From the NCBI GenBank assembly GCA_045804965.1, contig JBJMMD010000010.1:46378-110377 (forward strand): a stretch of 64,000 bases of DNA. Reading direction: 5' to 3'. Positions 16,727 through 25,892 of this stretch are shown here, piece by piece. The stretch's first letter is position 1; each line of letters starts with the position of its first letter. The position numbers and the translations under genes were made by a program. The stretch comes from Thermomicrobiales bacterium. Lineage in GTDB: Bacteria > Chloroflexota > Chloroflexia > Thermomicrobiales > UBA6265. The notes below the pieces were generated by a model. That model was not told the DNA's origin. It ran no database searches and saw only the letters and a program-made list of their open reading frames with translations.

Positions 16727-17419
16727 ATGTGCGGTCGGTACAGCCTCGAACACCTCACTGAGCTCTCGGAACGTTTCCGGGCGCGGCAGGTCCATCTGGA
16801 CTTGCCCGCTACCTACAACATCGCCCCCTCCCTGGAGTTGCCGGTCGTCGTCGAAGATGAGCACGGGGAGCGGGTCTTGCGATTGATGCAGTGGGGCCTG
16901 CAACGCGGCGGGCAGCTCGGAGGGGTGGCCCCGATCAATGCCCGGGCCGAGTCGGTGGCCGACAAGCCGATGTTCCGTGACCTGATTCGACACCGGAGGT
17001 GTCTGGTCCCGGCTTCCGGCTTCTATCTCTGGCAGCAGGTGGGGCTGCGCAAGCAACCCTACTTCGCGACGGTCAAAGACCAGGCGCTGTTCGCCTTCGC
17101 CGGGCTGTTCGACGAGATCGACCAAGGCGAGTGCCCTCCGCTCGCCTCGTACGTCGTGCTGACCACTCGCGCCAATGCGCGCGTAGCCGAGATCCAGGAC
17201 CGGATGCCAGTGATCATGCGGTCGGAGGCCGAAGGGCGCTGGCTCTCGCGGCAGATCACCGATATTGAGGACATCCAGCCGGTAATGGCGCCGTTGGGCT
17301 CGGACGAGGTCGTTATCTATCCAGTGGCGACCGCCGTGAATGACGCGCACCACGATGGGCCGGAGCTGATCCGGCCGCAGGAATCGAAGCAGCTGCGACT
17401 GGCCCGGCGGGCCAGTTGA
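16727..17419 (+). CDS. SOS response-associated peptidase (SRAP/YedK-type abasic-site processing protein)
   Basis: The trimmed protein starts MCGRYSL, the invariant Cys2 N-terminus of SRAP. AGGAGG RBS 6 nt upstream of ATG 16727. Confidence 0.9.
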   Translation: MCGRYSLEHLTELSERFRARQVHLDLPATYNIAPSLELPVVVEDEHGERVLRLMQWGLQRGGQLGGVAPINARAESVADKPMFRDLIRHRRCLVPASGFYLWQQVGLRKQPYFATVKDQALFAFAGLFDEIDQGECPPLASYVVLTTRANARVAEIQDRMPVIMRSEAEGRWLSRQITDIEDIQPVMAPLGSDEVVIYPVATAVNDAHHDGPELIRPQESKQLRLARRAS

Positions 17420-17433
17420 AGGAGGAACGCACG

Positions 17434-17655
17434 ATGAGCGACGATCAACTTCCCGAGGAGAGCCAGAACCCGGTCAAGGATCCGGCCGACTGGACCACGG
17501 GCGACGAACCGATGACCGGACCGCAGGTCTCGTACCTGAAGACTCTGCTCCAGCAGGCAGGCCGGCGCGAGTCGGACCTCGACCCCAAGCTGACCAAGGC
17601 CGAAGCCTCGCGGTTGATCGACGAGCTGCAGGCCAAGACCGGCCGCGGCGAATAG
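17434..17655 (+). CDS. DUF3072 domain protein
   Basis: DPADWTTGDEPMTGPQVSYLKTLLQQAG...LTKAEASRLIDELQ matches my memory of the DUF3072 pattern. ATG 17434 sits behind GAAGGAGGAA. Confidence 0.65.
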   Translation: MSDDQLPEESQNPVKDPADWTTGDEPMTGPQVSYLKTLLQQAGRRESDLDPKLTKAEASRLIDELQAKTGRGE

Positions 17656-17715
17656 CCCGCACGCACCCGCACCGACAATCGCCTCCACCAATGTGGGGCG
17701 AATCTTGGCTTGGGC

Positions 17716-18213
17716 TCACTGCGCGGCGATGACATCGGCCACAAATTCGTGCACCCGCTCCATCGTTATGCCTTGTCGCTGGTCGATGCCGAGCGGATGC
17801 TCCTGGGAAATGACCTCAAAGCGGGGACGCTGGCCCTGGCACTGCGGTTGAACCTGGACTTCGAGCATGTCGGAATCTGCGTAGTCGCGGATGCCGCCCG
17901 AAAGCCAGCCCGGAAAGGGACCCTGTCTGCCTTCGTCATCCTCCCAAAGCTCGAGATAGCGGGTGAAGTCCTGCTGATCGACGAGCGCCCACGTCCCCCA
18001 CCGGAACTCTTGGTCCGATCCCTTGACCGGCAAGGGGAGGACGCCCCGGATCAGAAATTCTCGGTCGTCGATGACGCAGAGATCGTCGGTGAGGTAGACC
18101 CGCCGGCTCCATTCCTCCTCGGGCACCCGAAAGATGTGGCCTGGCCGCCGGTGGGCCAGATCCATCGGCAACTCATCGTGAACCCTGCCGCAAATTCCGC
18201 AGGTGTACCCCAT
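17716..18213 (-). CDS. DUF2199 domain protein
   Basis: Trimmed start MGYTCGICGRVHDELPMDLAHRRP is the typical DUF2199 N-terminus. ATG 18213 sits behind AAGGGA. Confidence 0.65.
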   Translation of the reverse strand: MGYTCGICGRVHDELPMDLAHRRPGHIFRVPEEEWSRRVYLTDDLCVIDDREFLIRGVLPLPVKGSDQEFRWGTWALVDQQDFTRYLELWEDDEGRQGPFPGWLSGGIRDYADSDMLEVQVQPQCQGQRPRFEVISQEHPLGIDQRQGITMERVHEFVADVIAAQ

Positions 18214-18226
18214 CGTTGTGTCCCTT

Positions 18227-19429
18227 TCACACTGAGCCCGTCGGCAGCGCCAGGCCGGCATCGGATCGCTCCCCCGCGGTGAAGGGATTGGTCCAGGAGG
18301 CACCGGTGCCTGAGAACCGATTAGGATCGAACGGCGCAAGATCGAATCCCGGCGGCCGTCCGTTGACGAGATCAGCAATCACCTGTCCGACGATCGCGGC
18401 CCAGGAGAGGCCGCCGCCGTTGAAGCCGGCGGCCAAGGTCAAGCCGGGCTCTGATTCGTAGCGGCCGATCAGGGGGAGGCCGTCGGCGGTGAAGCCCATG
18501 ATCCCGGCCCAGGCGCGAACAACCTTGACCCCGCGCAGCGCCGGAAACAGCGTCGTCAGGCAGCCGGCGATACCGGCGATGACGGCGGGGTTGACGCGCT
18601 CCTCGTAGTGGCCGAGGCCCTCGTCGTCGTCGAGGCGGCGGTAGCCGCCGCAGAGGACTTGGCCGCCGGGCGTTTGCCGCCCGTATTCCTTGTCGAAATT
18701 GGTGCCGAAAGAGTACGGAATAAGCGGCGGTATCGGTTGGGTGACGAGGATTTGGCCACGGGCCGGGACGAGCGCGCCGGGCGGTAGGTCAAGCAACTGC
18801 GGGGTGTAGGCGTTGGTGGCGAGGATGACGTCGTCAGCTTCGATCACGTCGCCGCCGGCCAGGACGACGCCGGCGACTCGGTCGCCGCGGCGATGGAGGC
18901 ATTGCACCGCGGTCCAGGTGCGAAAGGTCGCGCCATGGCGGCGGGCGGCGTTGGCGAGGCCGTGGACGAGGGCGAAGGGCCAGAGGTGACCCACACCAGC
19001 TTTGAATTCCGCGCCGAGGATGGCGTCGCTCACCGCAGGCAGCAGCGCTCGCGTCTCCTGACCGTCGAGCCAGTGCACGTCGAGACCGGCCGCCCGCTGG
19101 AGCGCGATGCTCCGGCGCAGATGCTCAACCTGGGCTTCGGTGGTTGCGAGGTCGACGGCTCCGGGGAGACGCAGCTCGAAATCCGCGTCGAGCTCGTCGG
19201 GGAGCTCACGCAGCATGGCGAGATTGGCGGAGGTGAGCGCGTAGATTGCCCTGCCTTCAGCGGAGTGCATGGCCGAGCCGGCACCGGTCGAACCGTTGTT
19301 TCGCCCGGAGGCGCCCGAGGCAATGCCTCGTTTGTCGATGACCAGCACTTGGCGCCCCGATTGTGCGAGGCGGTAGGCAATCGAGCAGCCGACCACGCCT
19401 GCCCCGACCACGATCACGTCAGCCGTCAT
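18227..19429 (-). CDS. FAD-dependent oxidoreductase (DAO family; glycine/D-amino-acid/sarcosine oxidase-like)
   Basis: Dinucleotide-binding motif DVIVVGAGVVGCSIAYRLAQSGRQVLVIDK. Start set to ATG 19429. Confidence 0.85.
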   Translation of the reverse strand: MTADVIVVGAGVVGCSIAYRLAQSGRQVLVIDKRGIASGASGRNNGSTGAGSAMHSAEGRAIYALTSANLAMLRELPDELDADFELRLPGAVDLATTEAQVEHLRRSIALQRAAGLDVHWLDGQETRALLPAVSDAILGAEFKAGVGHLWPFALVHGLANAARRHGATFRTWTAVQCLHRRGDRVAGVVLAGGDVIEADDVILATNAYTPQLLDLPPGALVPARGQILVTQPIPPLIPYSFGTNFDKEYGRQTPGGQVLCGGYRRLDDDEGLGHYEERVNPAVIAGIAGCLTTLFPALRGVKVVRAWAGIMGFTADGLPLIGRYESEPGLTLAAGFNGGGLSWAAIVGQVIADLVNGRPPGFDLAPFDPNRFSGTGASWTNPFTAGERSDAGLALPTGSV

Positions 19430-19594
19430 GCGTGCCTCATCTCCCCAATCGATTCGGAACCCCGCCGGATTGCCCACCAGATTCTATGGTCTTCTGGAAC
19501 AAACGGCGAGAACTGTTGATTCCTTAGGCAAAAGTGGGCCGTATACTTCAGTTGCCTACGCCTCGCACGACGCACGGGGGACGCTGACGCAACC

Positions 19595-21724
19595 ATGCGG
19601 AACCTGCTCGGACGGCTCAATGCGCGCTCAGCCGAGGAGCTGACCAGGATCGCCGCCGCCTGGCTCGTCCCCTTGACGGCGACCGATCGCCACGCCCAGG
19701 TCGGTCAGCTCTATCGCGCGCTGTCCGACCCGCGCACGGTGCGCGACTTCTGGGAGCTGTTGGACGACGACGAACGCGCCCTCGTCCGCCTGCTCGCCCT
19801 CGACGAGGACATTGTCCTCACTATTGGACAACTCGCCAACCGCCTCGGCTTGACCGAGGAGCAGACGCATGCGATCGCCGCCCGGCTCTATCGCAAGGGT
19901 GTGGTCGTGCGCGAGGGTGACGATGAGCCGCTGCCCGTCGGGGTCGCGCCCCGGCTGTTTCTCCCGCGCGAGCTGTCCTCGCTCTTTCGTCGCGTGCTCG
20001 ACGAGATCGAGGTTGGCGATGTGAGCCGGACGCCGCTCAGCGCCCTGTTGGCGCTGTTGGACGACGCGGAGATCGACGAGGCGGCGCGGATTTGGGGCCT
20101 GAACGTCATCCCCGGCATCCGCGGGCGCGACGAGATGACCCGGCGACTGCTCGACCAAGTCAGCGACCTCTCACGGGTGCACGCGGTTGCGGCGCAACGA
20201 CGGCGGGATGCCGATCTGATCTGGCGCCGGTTGCTCGACGATTCGACCGGAGCGCCCGTGCCGCTGCGGGACGCGGCGGCAGCAGCCGGTCTCTCCGGCC
20301 GAGATCCAGACCATGCGCATCGGTTGCGGGTGGCGCTGGCGGAGCTCGAAGGCGCGCTCCTCGCCTGGCATACCTACCGTCCGGACGGCAGCCGCTGGCT
20401 CTTTGTGCCGGCCGAAATCCGCACCCCGCGGCCAACGGAAGCCGGCGAGCAGCTCAGCCTAACGCCGGTACTCGCGGAGCTGGTGACGCCGCCGGCGTGG
20501 CGGCATCCGCACGCGGTTGCTTGGGACTTGCTGACCATTTTGCGCGGCATCTCGGCGCCGAACGCGCCGGAAATCTATCTCCGCTCAGAATTGCCGCGAA
20601 GTTGGCGCCGCCGGCTCAATCGCCGCTGCTGGATAAACGGTCCGGATGTTCCGCCGGTCGGTTATGTCGAGTTTTTGCTCGCCCTTGCGGTCGCCGAGGG
20701 ATTGCTGACGGGCAGCGACAAACCGGATTCGCCCGTTCGCGCGACAGCCGCGATCCACACCTGGCGCGATCAATCGTTCGGAGAGCAGACAGCGCGGTTG
20801 CGGAAGCGATGGATGGAGAGCACATCCTGGCTCGAAGGAGCGGAGCGGGAGGATGTCGAGGTCTGGGGCGCCGATTGGCGAGGGTTTCGGCGGCGCTTAC
20901 TGACCAAGGTCGATGCCCTCGACGCTGGCGTTTGGTTTCCGCTCGACGACGTCACCTCGTGGCTGGCGGCCTCCGATGCCGATATGCTCGGTCCGACCTT
21001 CACCGCGGCCACGGCCAGGAGCACGGCCGCCGGCGATGAGCTCACCCGCCGGCGGGCGGCGATCGCGGAGGTCGCCGGTGTGGCGCTGACCACCTCGCTG
21101 GAATGGTTTAGCATCGTCGAAATCGCGACGATCCCACGGCGGGCAAAGGTCGTCCGGCGCACGAATGTGCCGGGCGTGCCTTCGGCCAATGCGCCGCTGT
21201 TTCAAGCCGCGGAGGCCGGGCCGCGGTCCTTCGAGCTCCGACCTGGATCGATTGTCGCGGTGGAGAATCCTTCGCCGCGGCAAATCTGGACCCTGAACGC
21301 GTTTGCAATGCCGGAAACACTCGACCGCACGAGTCTCTACAAACTCACGCCGGACACGGTATCCGAGGCGTTGGCCTCGGGATACGATCCCGAGCAGATC
21401 ATCGCGTTTCTCGAGGCGGAAACGCGCGCCCCGCTCGATCCTGCCTTCCGGGCCGAGTTTACGAAATGGACGAGTGAGCTCTGCCGGATTCAATTTCGGC
21501 GCACATTGAGCCTGACCACGGACGAGACCGAAACGTTGGAAGCAGTCAACTCGAGGCTCGTGCTCGCCGGGTTCGCGGTCGAGTTGGCTGGCAACACACT
21601 CCTTGTCGAGCTACCCCCCGGCAACAGCGCGAACGCCGAACGCGCGATACTGCAACTGCTGCGCGAAGCCAATTTCGCGCCGCAAGCAGCCCCGCCCCAG
21701 TTCGGCCGTCAACGCGAGGGATAA
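19595..21724 (+). CDS. large conserved protein with helicase-associated (p52/Tfb2-like, 'Helicase_C_3'-type) C-terminal region
   Basis: 709 aa. The C-terminal segment LYKLTPDTVSEALASGYDPEQIIAFLEAETRAPLDPAFRAEFTKWTSELCRIQF resembles the XPB-partner/p52 family pattern. The function call is tentative. Confidence 0.5.
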   Translation: MRNLLGRLNARSAEELTRIAAAWLVPLTATDRHAQVGQLYRALSDPRTVRDFWELLDDDERALVRLLALDEDIVLTIGQLANRLGLTEEQTHAIAARLYRKGVVVREGDDEPLPVGVAPRLFLPRELSSLFRRVLDEIEVGDVSRTPLSALLALLDDAEIDEAARIWGLNVIPGIRGRDEMTRRLLDQVSDLSRVHAVAAQRRRDADLIWRRLLDDSTGAPVPLRDAAAAAGLSGRDPDHAHRLRVALAELEGALLAWHTYRPDGSRWLFVPAEIRTPRPTEAGEQLSLTPVLAELVTPPAWRHPHAVAWDLLTILRGISAPNAPEIYLRSELPRSWRRRLNRRCWINGPDVPPVGYVEFLLALAVAEGLLTGSDKPDSPVRATAAIHTWRDQSFGEQTARLRKRWMESTSWLEGAEREDVEVWGADWRGFRRRLLTKVDALDAGVWFPLDDVTSWLAASDADMLGPTFTAATARSTAAGDELTRRRAAIAEVAGVALTTSLEWFSIVEIATIPRRAKVVRRTNVPGVPSANAPLFQAAEAGPRSFELRPGSIVAVENPSPRQIWTLNAFAMPETLDRTSLYKLTPDTVSEALASGYDPEQIIAFLEAETRAPLDPAFRAEFTKWTSELCRIQFRRTLSLTTDETETLEAVNSRLVLAGFAVELAGNTLLVELPPGNSANAERAILQLLREANFAPQAAPPQFGRQREG

Positions 21725-21790
21725 AGCCGAAGCAGTCCCGCAAGGCCGGATGAGCCGGATGCCCGGGCTCAAAGGCGCGGGCTACGGTTC

Positions 21791-21928
21791 ACGAAGCCCT
21801 TCCAGGGCTGACGGGAGAGGACATCCCCTGAATTCGCCCTAGGCTCAGCCTCCAGAAGGGCTTCGTTGTCTTCGCGCTGGGCACCTTCTGGGTCACTTCC
21901 AGCCCGGCAGCGCGGCGCAGCCGCGTAG
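21791..21928. repeat. intergenic dispersed repeat, copy A (contains internal inverted arms ACGAAGCCCTTC / GAAGGGCTTCGT)
   Basis: The 22-mer at 21791-21812 is the exact reverse complement of 47327-47348. The 17-mer at 21912-21928 is identical to 43664-43680. Confidence 0.5.
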
Positions 21929-22081
21929 GCGTGTCTACCAATCGCGTGCGAGGGTCGGAATATTGCGCGCCACCCGTCTTCCTTCGTCACAAGGCGGACG
22001 CCTCTTGGACGCGGCTGGGGGTAAGAGTACTGCCGGGATTTGGGGCAGAGAGCGCTTGGGGCCGCCTTTGTGAGAGCAGCA

Positions 22082-22576
22082 CTACTTCCGATGCGCGAAG
22101 GGTCGTTGGATCGCGTGCTCGTTTTCGAGCTCGCCGACAATACGATCGAGGATTTCGAGTCCGCGTTCCAGCGCTTCCATCTCGTGCGCGCTCAATTTCC
22201 TGACTTGAGTCGCGATATCGGAGATAAGGAAGTTCTCGACTTCGATGCTGCGCGCCCGGCCTTCCTCTGTGAGGGCAAGATGAATCCGGCGACGATCGCC
22301 CGGCTGGTTGACCCGCTGCACATATCCGCGCTTTTCCAGGCGATCGATCAGTCCGGTCACCACAGCCGGGGTGACCATGAGCCTGCGGGCAACCTGGCCG
22401 AGGGTCGCCGATTCGTGGCGAATGATATAGAGCGCGCTCAGTTGGCGAAGGCTGAGATCACCACCAAGTTCACGGCGCTCGATGCGCGACTGAGCCCATC
22501 GGTTGATGCGCGGGAAGAGCCGAAGCGCGAGCTGGGCCGGGCGATCGGTATCATGCTCTGTTGCGGTTTGAGACAT
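22082..22576 (-). CDS. MarR family transcriptional regulator
   Basis: Winged-helix core LRQLSALYIIRHESATLGQVARRLMVTPAVVTGLIDRLEKRGYVQRVNQPGDRRRIHLALTEEG. Start set to ATG 22576. Confidence 0.85.
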   Translation of the reverse strand: MSQTATEHDTDRPAQLALRLFPRINRWAQSRIERRELGGDLSLRQLSALYIIRHESATLGQVARRLMVTPAVVTGLIDRLEKRGYVQRVNQPGDRRRIHLALTEEGRARSIEVENFLISDIATQVRKLSAHEMEALERGLEILDRIVGELENEHAIQRPFAHRK

Positions 22577-22846
22577 AACGCTTCCCCTCGTTGACGAGGA
22601 AACCTGGCGCGCCCATCGCGCTCCCATGACCCCCGGTGTCGAACATTTCGACGCCGCGCTTTACATGTACCCATGAGAACGATATCAGTAGTTTGTACAC
22701 GACAAGTAACCCGGACGGCAACCCCGCTCTCTTTAGTCAAGAGACGACATTCGCCGCGCTCCAGGTATTTATTGCATCACCCCAGCCGAATTTGATTCTG
22801 TTCTTCTCTTGGTCGACGTCGATCGTGCCGGTCTTCGCGGATGATG

Positions 22847-24487
22847 TTATCCCATGCCGCCGATCTTGAAGGCGATGAGCTGATTGACTGGTTCGACATC
22901 GCGCGGGGAATCCGCGGTCTTCGCGAGATAACCGGCGGCGGCCACGATCACCATGTCACCCGCGATCGCGGGCGCGGCGTTGAACCCAGCCGTCGCTCGA
23001 TACGACCAGAGCAGATCGCCCGTATCAGCATTGAAGGCGCGGAACACGCCGTCCAGGCCGGAAGTGAAGACGATGTCGTTGGCCACGGTCGCGCCGCCGA
23101 AGATCGATTGGGAGATCCTCGTGGTCCACGCCTCCGAGCCGTCGATGACGTTCAAGGCGACCAGCTCGCCGGTTCCGCTCGTGAGATCTAGGCTTTGCGC
23201 GTCGTAGCCGGTACTCGTCTGCTTGGTCGGCAAATTGACGACCGGGACGAAGACCTTGCCGTCGGCGTACGCGATCGGCGTCTCGATGCCACCGAAGATG
23301 CCGGGATAGACCTCGACCGACTTCCCGGCCGGGATCGCTTGCAGTTCATCGTTCTGATGCTTGCCGACCGCCGCCTTCCACACGACCTCGCCGGAGTCGG
23401 CGTTGACCGCAACTACGGTGCCGGTTTTGCCTGACCCGATCGCGAGCGTGATGGTTGCTCCGTGCAGGTTTGTGCTGACGATCACCGGCGTGTTTTGGAA
23501 GTCGAGATCGAAGAGATCGTGCGGTTTGGCATTGTAACTCCAGCGCAGGGAACCAGACCGTGGGTTGAGCGAGACTATTGAGCTCGCGTAATCGTTGTTG
23601 CCGGGCCGGCTGCTACCATTGGGGAACTCGTCGTTGCCGGGATACGGCCCCGCATTACCAGTGCCGAAGTAGATGTTGCCGTGTTCGTCGACCGAGGGCG
23701 GGTACCAGAGACCACCTCCGCTATTGACGCGAGCATTGCCCCAGAGATTGTCAGTCGTGGTGTCCCATTGCCAGAGCGTTTTCCCCGTCGCGGCGTCGAG
23801 GGCGAAGAAGACGCCTTTTGTTCCGCCGCGGTAGAACCCGCTGCTGTTACCTGGGACAGTGCTGACGTAGACCGTGTTGTCATAGACGATTGGCGCCATG
23901 TCGATGCCTTCGCCTGCGTTGTTCGAAAGCTTGACCCGCCAGATTTCGTCGCCCGTTCGGGCATCGAGTGCAAACATCTCGGCGGTGTCGCCGAGCGCGC
24001 CGTAGAGCATGCCGTATCCGGCCGCGAGCCCGTTCGGCCCGATGCTTGGGACATCGTACCTGGTTTGCCAGAGCACCTTGCCGGTCGCTCGATCGAGCGC
24101 AAAGACGTTGCTCTGCATGTCTTGAGCGTAAACCCTGTCGCCGAGGATGAGCGGCGTCGCGGTCATCCCGCCATAGGCCGCCGCGGCGTCGATCGTGAAT
24201 GTCCAGGCGACGTCGAGATCGAAGATCGTGCTGGCATCGATAGTCGAGCCTAGGGTGGCGCGGGTGGCGGCGAGATTGCCGTCCGGCGCCGGCCAATCAT
24301 CCTTGTAGGTGTCTATTTCGGGAGGAATGGCCGGCCCAAGCGGCTGCGCCGTCGCCGCGACTTGCGCATCTTGCGCGCGGCTCGGCCCGCTCGCGGAGAT
24401 CATCAGTCCGATGCACAGCGCAAATACGACCGTCGCTCGAAACGGTGTGTTGGCAGTGGTTCTCGTCCGCTTGCAATTGATCAACAA
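22847..24487 (-). CDS. secreted PQQ-like beta-propeller repeat protein
   Basis: N-terminal signal peptide. Repeated G(K/D/E)xxW blades: GKVLWQT, GDEIWRV, GKTLWQW, GEVVWKA, GDLLWSY. Confidence 0.75.
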   Translation of the reverse strand: MLINCKRTRTTANTPFRATVVFALCIGLMISASGPSRAQDAQVAATAQPLGPAIPPEIDTYKDDWPAPDGNLAATRATLGSTIDASTIFDLDVAWTFTIDAAAAYGGMTATPLILGDRVYAQDMQSNVFALDRATGKVLWQTRYDVPSIGPNGLAAGYGMLYGALGDTAEMFALDARTGDEIWRVKLSNNAGEGIDMAPIVYDNTVYVSTVPGNSSGFYRGGTKGVFFALDAATGKTLWQWDTTTDNLWGNARVNSGGGLWYPPSVDEHGNIYFGTGNAGPYPGNDEFPNGSSRPGNNDYASSIVSLNPRSGSLRWSYNAKPHDLFDLDFQNTPVIVSTNLHGATITLAIGSGKTGTVVAVNADSGEVVWKAAVGKHQNDELQAIPAGKSVEVYPGIFGGIETPIAYADGKVFVPVVNLPTKQTSTGYDAQSLDLTSGTGELVALNVIDGSEAWTTRISQSIFGGATVANDIVFTSGLDGVFRAFNADTGDLLWSYRATAGFNAAPAIAGDMVIVAAAGYLAKTADSPRDVEPVNQLIAFKIGGMG

Positions 24488-24876
24488 CCGTGCTCTCAGC
24501 TTATCGATCCACGTTCGCTTGGCGTCGCTAAGCGCGCTAGTTCCGCCGCCAACGCGAAATCACCGGTGAGCTCCCGCGCCCTCGCCTGAACGATCCCGAA
24601 ATTTCGATCGTCCATGTTGATCGCCTCGTACGGTAAGCAACGGGCAAACTGAAACGCGTCGTGCCGCTTGCGCCGAAATCGTGACATCGACGGACGTGAG
24701 AGCCCTGATGATTCGCCATTCATCCGACTCCGAGTAGTCCACGGTTGATCGTGCAGTTGATCCAGCCGGTCTTGCCGGGTACTTCGATAGGGTCCGCAGC
24801 CAAGTCGCCGTTCAGGCTTGTAAGCCGGAGACTTTTCCTCTGCTTCGCCTCTAGTTGGCGTCCGTGAGTCCCCCAT

Positions 24877-25869
24877 CTATTTGAGCACCATCGCTTGACT
24901 CTCCGCGATGTTGTCCGCGGACCGAGCGTGGATGCTGCCGGCAATCGCGTAGATCGTGCTGCCGATCGCCGCTAGAGGCATTCCGTGCCGGGCGACCGTG
25001 AGTTTTGGCAGCGCCCGCCACTGATCAGCGGCGGGATCGTATTGGTTCACGTCGGCGAACGCCTTGTCGCCGCGCTCGCCTCCCGCCACGATGACTGTGT
25101 CCACCGCGAAGGCGCCGTGGAGCCCGCCTCGTGGCACGGGCAGCGGCGGCAGCGTCGACCACTGACCTCCCACGGGATCGAGCACTTCGTTGGCGGCGGC
25201 GAATTGATCGTCCTCGCTGCCGTTCGCGCGCCCGCCGACTGCGTAAATCTTGTCCTGACTCGCGACCACGGCGAGATGTTCGCGGGGAGTCAACATTTCC
25301 GGACCGTCACTCCAAGCATCGGCCGCGGGATCGTACACTGAAACCGCGCCCGACACCGGACCACCCAATCCTTCTTTGGCTCCGCCGACCGCGTAGAGTT
25401 TTCCCGCCACCGGCGCCATTCCGAACGCCCCGAGCGCGACAGGGAGCGATGCGCCAGGCTGCCATGCCTTTACGGTCGGATCGTAAACCCACAGATGATC
25501 GAGCGCGCGGAGATCACTACCATAGCCGCCGGCGACGTAGACCTTGCCGTCAAGTACCGCGACGCCGGGATGATTGACGCCAACCGGCAGATCTTCGAGT
25601 TGCGTCCAAGCGTTCGTCGGGGCATCGTAGCGGTCCACGCGGCGATCCCCGCCAAATCCGCCGCAACCGTAGATCAAGCCATCGAGGGTGACGCCCGGCG
25701 TTTCCGAGCGCGCGGTCGGCAACGGCGCGATCGCATGCCAGACCAACACCCCGGGCGATGGGGTGGCCGCTGATTGCGATGTCGCGTACGCAGGCCTGGG
25801 CAAGCGCGCGGAAACCGCCGCCAAACCAATGCCTTGGATTAATCCACGACGGGTCACACGATCCCGCAT
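24877..25869 (-). CDS. Tat-secreted Kelch-repeat beta-propeller protein
   Basis: Twin-arginine signal MRDRVTRRGLIQGIGLAAV. Repeated Kelch-like blades (GKVYVAGG, GKLYAVGG, DKIYAVGG, STIYAIAG). ATG 25869 sits behind AAGGAGG. Confidence 0.8.
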   Translation of the reverse strand: MRDRVTRRGLIQGIGLAAVSARLPRPAYATSQSAATPSPGVLVWHAIAPLPTARSETPGVTLDGLIYGCGGFGGDRRVDRYDAPTNAWTQLEDLPVGVNHPGVAVLDGKVYVAGGYGSDLRALDHLWVYDPTVKAWQPGASLPVALGAFGMAPVAGKLYAVGGAKEGLGGPVSGAVSVYDPAADAWSDGPEMLTPREHLAVVASQDKIYAVGGRANGSEDDQFAAANEVLDPVGGQWSTLPPLPVPRGGLHGAFAVDTVIVAGGERGDKAFADVNQYDPAADQWRALPKLTVARHGMPLAAIGSTIYAIAGSIHARSADNIAESQAMVLK

Positions 25870-25892
25870 GCTCGCCTCCTTCGTCCGCCGAC

